DNA from: Spirochaetia bacterium
Lineage (GTDB): Bacteria > Spirochaetota > Spirochaetia > DSM-27196 > DATKUC01
Reading direction: 5' to 3'
NCBI GenBank assembly: GCA_035530835.1
Contig: DATKUC010000027.1
Location: forward strand, 1 to 57,406
DNA: 57,406 nt
In this document: piece by piece, positions 53,377-57,406 of the stretch
How the letters are laid out: each line of letters starts with the position of its first letter
How positions within the stretch are numbered: position 1 is the first letter of the stretch
Notes under the pieces: generated by a model
Told to the model about the DNA's origin: nothing
What the model saw: the letters and a program-made list of their open reading frames with translations, nothing else
Databases searched by the model: none
Translations under genes and position numbers: made by a program

Positions 53377-55980
53377 ATGAAACTACTGACGTTCACGGTA
53401 CAGCCGAATATACCTAAGCCGCTCAAACCGCTCGAAGAGCTTGCACACAATATGTGGATCAGCTGGAACTTCGACGCGGTGAGCCTGTTCATCCGACTCG
53501 ATTACGATGCGTGGATGCAGTGTAATCAGAATCCCGCTCGCCTTCTCGGAATGGTCTCCCAGGAGCGATTCGAGGAGATCGCAAAGGACGATTCCTTTCT
53601 CTCCGCGCTGAACACGGTATACAGCAAGTTCCAGAAGTACCTCAATAGCGACCCCTGGTACAAGGATCCTGCCGACCAACCCGCAGTCACGGGAAGCATC
53701 GACCCCTCCGGCGGCAATTCGGTCATTGCCTATTTTTCGATGGAATACGGCCTGGACGTCAGTCTACCCATCTATTCGGGCGGACTCGGGATGCTCTCCG
53801 GCGATCATCTGAAATCGGCCTCTGATCTTGGCCTGCCGCTCGTCGGCGTCGGTCTCCTCTATCGACAGGGCTATTTCAAGCAATACCTGAACGCCGACGG
53901 CTTTCAGCAGGAAAGCTATCCCGAGAATGACTGGTACAACATGCCGGTTCGCCAATGCAAGAACAAAGATGGCGAACCGATAAAGATCTCGCTCCAGATG
54001 GGTGAACCCACTGTGACCGCCCAGATCTGGGAGGTGAAGATCGGCCGAACCTCACTGCTGCTTCTGGATACGAACATTCCGGAAAACACCGAAGAGAATC
54101 GCCAGATTACCGCGACTCTCTATGGAGGAAACCGGGAAACCCGAATTCAGCAGGAGATCCTGCTGGGCATCGGCGGCATTCGCGCGCTTCGTGCAGTCGG
54201 GTACATGCCGATTGTGACACACATGAATGAGGGTCATTCGGCGTTCCTCTGTTTCGAGCGCATCCGCGAAATGGTGAGCGAGAGGAAGCTCACGGTGTCA
54301 GAAGCGATACAGGCGCTCTGGCCGACGAACATCTTTACCACTCACACCCCGGTGCCCGCCGGAAACGAACGGTTCGGCATCGATCTCATGCAGAAGTACT
54401 TCAACAGCCTGACTGCAGGCACCAACATGAGCTGGGAGCATTTCCTGGCGCTTGGTCGTGAGTACCCTGAAGATTCGCAGGAACCCTTCTGCATGACTAT
54501 CCTCGCACTGAAACTGTCTGCGTACAGCAATGGCGTCAGCGAGCTGCACGGCGATGTGTCCCGGAAGATGTGGCAGGCAATCTGGTCCGGTGTTCCGGAG
54601 CAGGAAATCCCCATAACCTACATCACCAACGGCGTTCATTGCCGGCACTGGGTCTCCCACGACATGGTCGATCTTCTGGATCGCTACTTTGGACCTCGCT
54701 TCGCCGAAGATCCGATCTATCTGGACATCTGGAACCGGATGGATCGCATATCTGACGAGGAACTGTGGCGGACGCACGAACGGCGGAAAGAGCGTCTTGT
54801 AGCTTTCGTACGGGATCGCCTGAGGCAGCAGATGGAGGCGCGCGGTGTGACCGGTGGCCAGCTTGCGCATGCAGGCGAGGTCCTTTCACCCTACACGCTC
54901 ACGGTATCCTTCGCGCGCCGGTTCGCGACGTACAAACGTGCAACGCTGCTGTTCCGCGATTCAGATCGTCTGAAGAAGCTACTTACCGACCCTGAACGGC
55001 CGATTCAGATCATCTTTGCCGGCAAGGCTCACCCGCATGACATGCCCGGCAAGAACCTGATCAAGGATATTGTGCACTTTGCAAGCCAGCCGGAAGTGCG
55101 GAGCAAGATCGTGTTCCTCGAGAACTACGACATCGCCATGGCGAAATACCTGGTATCAGGCAGCGATCTCTGGCTCAATACGCCGCGTCGGCCGCTTGAG
55201 GCGAGCGGAACAAGTGGGATGAAGGCGGCCATAAACGGAGTACTGAACTGCTCGGTTCTCGACGGATGGTGGGCGGAAGCGTATCGACCCGAAGTTGGCT
55301 GGGCAATCGGAAGCGGTGAAGAGTATGAAGACGAAGAGATACAGGATGAGATCGAGACGAAAGCCCTGTTCGACCTGCTCGAGCGTGACATCGTACCGAC
55401 CTACTATGAACGGGGCCAGGACTCCCTGCCACGGGAATGGATCCATCGCATGAAGAGCTCAATGCACTTCATCGGCAAGAGCTTTTCCAGCCACCGAATG
55501 CTGAAGGAATACACCGATATGTTCTACCGCCCGGCGCTGGACAATGCGGCAAGCTTCAGCAAGGATGACTTCCAGAAGGCTCGGGTGACTGCGGCCTACA
55601 TCGACCGCCTTACCCGCTCGTGGCCTCAGGTGGCAATCAGCAACATAAGTGCCGAGGACGTCACCTCTCCTACTTTGAAGGTGGGCGACAAACTGTCGAT
55701 CAGCGCCACGATAACTCTCGGCGAACTGAAGCCTGAGGACGTCGCGGTTGAACTCTATTTCGGTACTATCAACAACAAGGGTGACTTCGAAGGTGCCGAG
55801 CGGATGCAGATGGCCGCGGTCGATGCAAATCAGCAGAATGCGGGGAACTCTCCGTACCGCTATGCGCTCACCGTCACCTGCAACTCAACCGGACGGCAGG
55901 GCTACACCGTACGGGTGCTGCCACAGCATGCGAATCTCGTGCATCCATTCCTGCCCGGCTTCATGAAGTGGGGCACGTAG
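53377..55980 (+). CDS. glgP: Alpha-glucan (glycogen/maltodextrin) phosphorylase, GT35, long DUF3417-type
   Basis: YSGGLGMLSGDHLKSASD and the PLP-Lys motif EASGTSGMKAAINGVLN. About 867 aa. Confidence 0.9.
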   Translation: MKLLTFTVQPNIPKPLKPLEELAHNMWISWNFDAVSLFIRLDYDAWMQCNQNPARLLGMVSQERFEEIAKDDSFLSALNTVYSKFQKYLNSDPWYKDPADQPAVTGSIDPSGGNSVIAYFSMEYGLDVSLPIYSGGLGMLSGDHLKSASDLGLPLVGVGLLYRQGYFKQYLNADGFQQESYPENDWYNMPVRQCKNKDGEPIKISLQMGEPTVTAQIWEVKIGRTSLLLLDTNIPENTEENRQITATLYGGNRETRIQQEILLGIGGIRALRAVGYMPIVTHMNEGHSAFLCFERIREMVSERKLTVSEAIQALWPTNIFTTHTPVPAGNERFGIDLMQKYFNSLTAGTNMSWEHFLALGREYPEDSQEPFCMTILALKLSAYSNGVSELHGDVSRKMWQAIWSGVPEQEIPITYITNGVHCRHWVSHDMVDLLDRYFGPRFAEDPIYLDIWNRMDRISDEELWRTHERRKERLVAFVRDRLRQQMEARGVTGGQLAHAGEVLSPYTLTVSFARRFATYKRATLLFRDSDRLKKLLTDPERPIQIIFAGKAHPHDMPGKNLIKDIVHFASQPEVRSKIVFLENYDIAMAKYLVSGSDLWLNTPRRPLEASGTSGMKAAINGVLNCSVLDGWWAEAYRPEVGWAIGSGEEYEDEEIQDEIETKALFDLLERDIVPTYYERGQDSLPREWIHRMKSSMHFIGKSFSSHRMLKEYTDMFYRPALDNAASFSKDDFQKARVTAAYIDRLTRSWPQVAISNISAEDVTSPTLKVGDKLSISATITLGELKPEDVAVELYFGTINNKGDFEGAERMQMAAVDANQQNAGNSPYRYALTVTCNSTGRQGYTVRVLPQHANLVHPFLPGFMKWGT

Positions 55981-55986
55981 GCGCCG

Positions 55987-56691
55987 CTACACGCCGATCC
56001 GCGCAAAAAGCGGGTCGGCTGCGACCAGCAGCAGAATAACCAGCAGGCTGGGAATGAAGTTCGCGGTCTTTATTGTCCGCAGTTCGAGCAGATTGATTCC
56101 GATCATCATCACCAGTGCTCCGCCAACGCCTGTCAGTTCGGAGAGCACGAGCGGAGTCGCAAGCGGCCTCAGCCACACCGCCACCAGCGTCAGTCCACCC
56201 TGATAGACCAGTATCGTCAACGATGCGAACGCAACTCCCACTCCCATAGCGGCCGCAAGCATGACCGACATGAAGCCGTCCATAACGGACTTGGTGAAAA
56301 TCAATTCATAGTCACCCTGGGCGCCCGCCTTGAACGCACCGACAATGGTCATCGCTCCGACGCAGAAGAGTACCGATGATGTGAGAAACGCATAGGCAAA
56401 ATCACTTTCCTGATTTTCGCGAATAAAACGGCGCTTCAGCATGTCGCCGAGTTTGAGTATGGCACCTTCGACATTCCACCAGTTTCCGAGCAGGCCGCCG
56501 ACAACCAGTGAAAGGGCGAGGTAGATGATTCTCTGCGATTTGAGTGCCATCGAAATGCCGATGATGAGGGAAACCATTCCAATCGCGATGTAGACCACTT
56601 TCCTGAACGCATCGGTAATGCGATGACTCAGGAAGATGCCGATAAGCGAGCCAACCAGTACCGCCGCCGCGTTAACGAGCGTAGCAATCAT
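55987..56691 (-). CDS. DUF554-family inner-membrane protein
   Basis: MIATLVNAAAVLVGSLIG start and multiple TM segments. ATG 56691 lies within ORF 55987..56727. Confidence 0.7.
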   Translation of the reverse strand: MIATLVNAAAVLVGSLIGIFLSHRITDAFRKVVYIAIGMVSLIIGISMALKSQRIIYLALSLVVGGLLGNWWNVEGAILKLGDMLKRRFIRENQESDFAYAFLTSSVLFCVGAMTIVGAFKAGAQGDYELIFTKSVMDGFMSVMLAAAMGVGVAFASLTILVYQGGLTLVAVWLRPLATPLVLSELTGVGGALVMMIGINLLELRTIKTANFIPSLLVILLLVAADPLFARIGV

Positions 56692-56809
56692 GCGAGTGAG
56701 TTTACACGCTGTCGGGAGAATGTGCAAAGCATGAGCGACGTTGCTAAACTATTTGCCGGAAAAATACGATCATGGTAGTATGCAGGCTGTAAAATCCAAG
56801 GAGAACCTT

Positions 56810-57139
56810 ATGCTCGGGGTTGAAACCGCTCACGTCGGCGATTCGCTGGACGAGGGGTATGCGCACACAAAAGTGTATTGTGCGAACTGCGTGCATTGCA
56901 AGGTTGTTCCTGAACTTGTCGAGCAGAGCGATACATACTATCTGCGAGTCCGGTGCGATGCGGGTAAGTGGCGAAAGAAGCTTGGCGACGAAAAGATATA
57001 CAAGTACTTCACTGTCGCCCGACGGTCTATGGACTTCTGTGAATCATACGAACCGATGGGTGATGCCCGCGAGTTCATACGAGAGCTGAAGAAATCCCTT
57101 CCCATTCGCGACGAAGTGTACGGTTCATCGCAGACGTAG
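56810..57139 (+). CDS. Cys-rich hypothetical protein (CxxCxxC..C..C)
   Basis: AAGGAG lies 6 nt before ATG 56810 (ORF open from 56741). YCANCVHCKV..RVRCDAGKW..DFCESY. Confidence 0.5.
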   Translation: MLGVETAHVGDSLDEGYAHTKVYCANCVHCKVVPELVEQSDTYYLRVRCDAGKWRKKLGDEKIYKYFTVARRSMDFCESYEPMGDAREFIRELKKSLPIRDEVYGSSQT

Positions 57140-57197
57140 CTGATTTCGCCCGTTTCCATATAGTCTTTCCTGCGCGCGTTGAGATAGAATGTTGCTC

Positions 57198-57406
57198 ATG
57201 ATAAAGGTTGGACACAAACATTCATCTCTCCTGCTCGTCGGTATCGGCATGTTTGCCGCAACGCTCCTGCTGGCCGGCTGCCAGACGGTTCCGAAAGAGG
57301 CTCCACCGGGGATGACTCAGGCCGAGTTCTTTCAGAAGGCGCAGGAGGCCGCGGACAAGAACGAATGGAGCACATCGCTGTTCTTTTATCGCACATTCGA
57401 GAAACG
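57198..57406 (+). CDS. Putative lipoprotein, 5' fragment (runs off the window end)
   Basis: ATG 57198. MIKVGHKHSSLLLVGIGMFAATLLLAGC has a lipobox LLAGC. The frame stays open to the window edge, so it is absent from the ORF track. Confidence 0.55.
   Translation, partial: MIKVGHKHSSLLLVGIGMFAATLLLAGCQTVPKEAPPGMTQAEFFQKAQEAADKNEWSTSLFFYRTFEK

Noticed and set aside
1-57406. Search for mobile elements, prophage or defence islands, toxin-antitoxin pairs, tRNA/rRNA genes and CRISPR arrays.
   Set aside because: No integrase, transposase, recombinase, restriction-modification, Cas, nuclease-NTPase or phage structural signatures were recognised in any frame. No tRNA-like T-arm sequences were seen in the intergenic gaps. 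The window reads as housekeeping chromosome, so I make no claim of a defence or mobile system.

Overview
This is a GC-rich, gene-dense 57.4-kb chromosomal segment. I call about 54 protein-coding genes. I found no rRNA or tRNA genes, no transposase, integrase or phage genes, and no CRISPR array. It reads as core genome rather than an accessory island.

Main content, left to right:
- htrA, a SAM-dependent methyltransferase, and an mnmA / OmpR-type regulator / histidine kinase operon.
- A five-gene mevalonate-pathway operon (fni, HMG-CoA reductase, diphosphomevalonate decarboxylase, phosphomevalonate kinase, mevalonate kinase).
- An SDR and an HExxH protein.
- A glutaredoxin-like protein paired with a ferredoxin:thioredoxin-reductase-like (FTR-like) protein.
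- A RelA/SpoT-type small alarmone synthetase fused to TPR repeats, with ltaE and an Hpt protein.
- A PAS-GGDEF-EAL protein coupled to rsgA, then a hybrid histidine kinase.
- A GH1 glycosidase with ychF, a thioredoxin-like protein, and purEK.
- A pfk / metallophosphoesterase / CDF transporter string.
- galE, an M23 peptidase, hflX, a GNAT-like protein and ogt.
- A lipoprotein with a 526-aa unknown protein, then an aminotransferase.
- A sugar-type ABC binding protein and ATPase.
- An MCP-like soluble protein with cheD.
- A FecR-domain protein, an amidase and a divergent MraY paralogue.
- A HAD hydrolase, hom, an alpha-glucan phosphorylase and a DUF554 protein.

Taxonomy (inference only): the mevalonate gene order, the TPR-fused alarmone synthetase and the lipoprotein-rich content suggest a GC-rich member of the Spirochaetota.

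Nothing here is a clear-cut new system. The items most worth follow-up are:
1. A self-contained promoter-to-terminator unit of about 315 nt in the largest intergenic gap (26.8-27.1 kb). It is a candidate structured sRNA with a hairpin-masked mini-ORF.
2. A 600-aa cytoplasmic protein carrying an MCP hairpin-tip motif near its N-terminus, encoded 10 nt upstream of cheD.
3. The glutaredoxin-like / FTR-like pair.
4. The three-gene string of MraY paralogue, extended amidase and secreted FecR-domain protein.

All functional calls rest on motif recognition by eye. No database search was possible. Start codons are best guesses within the given ORFs.
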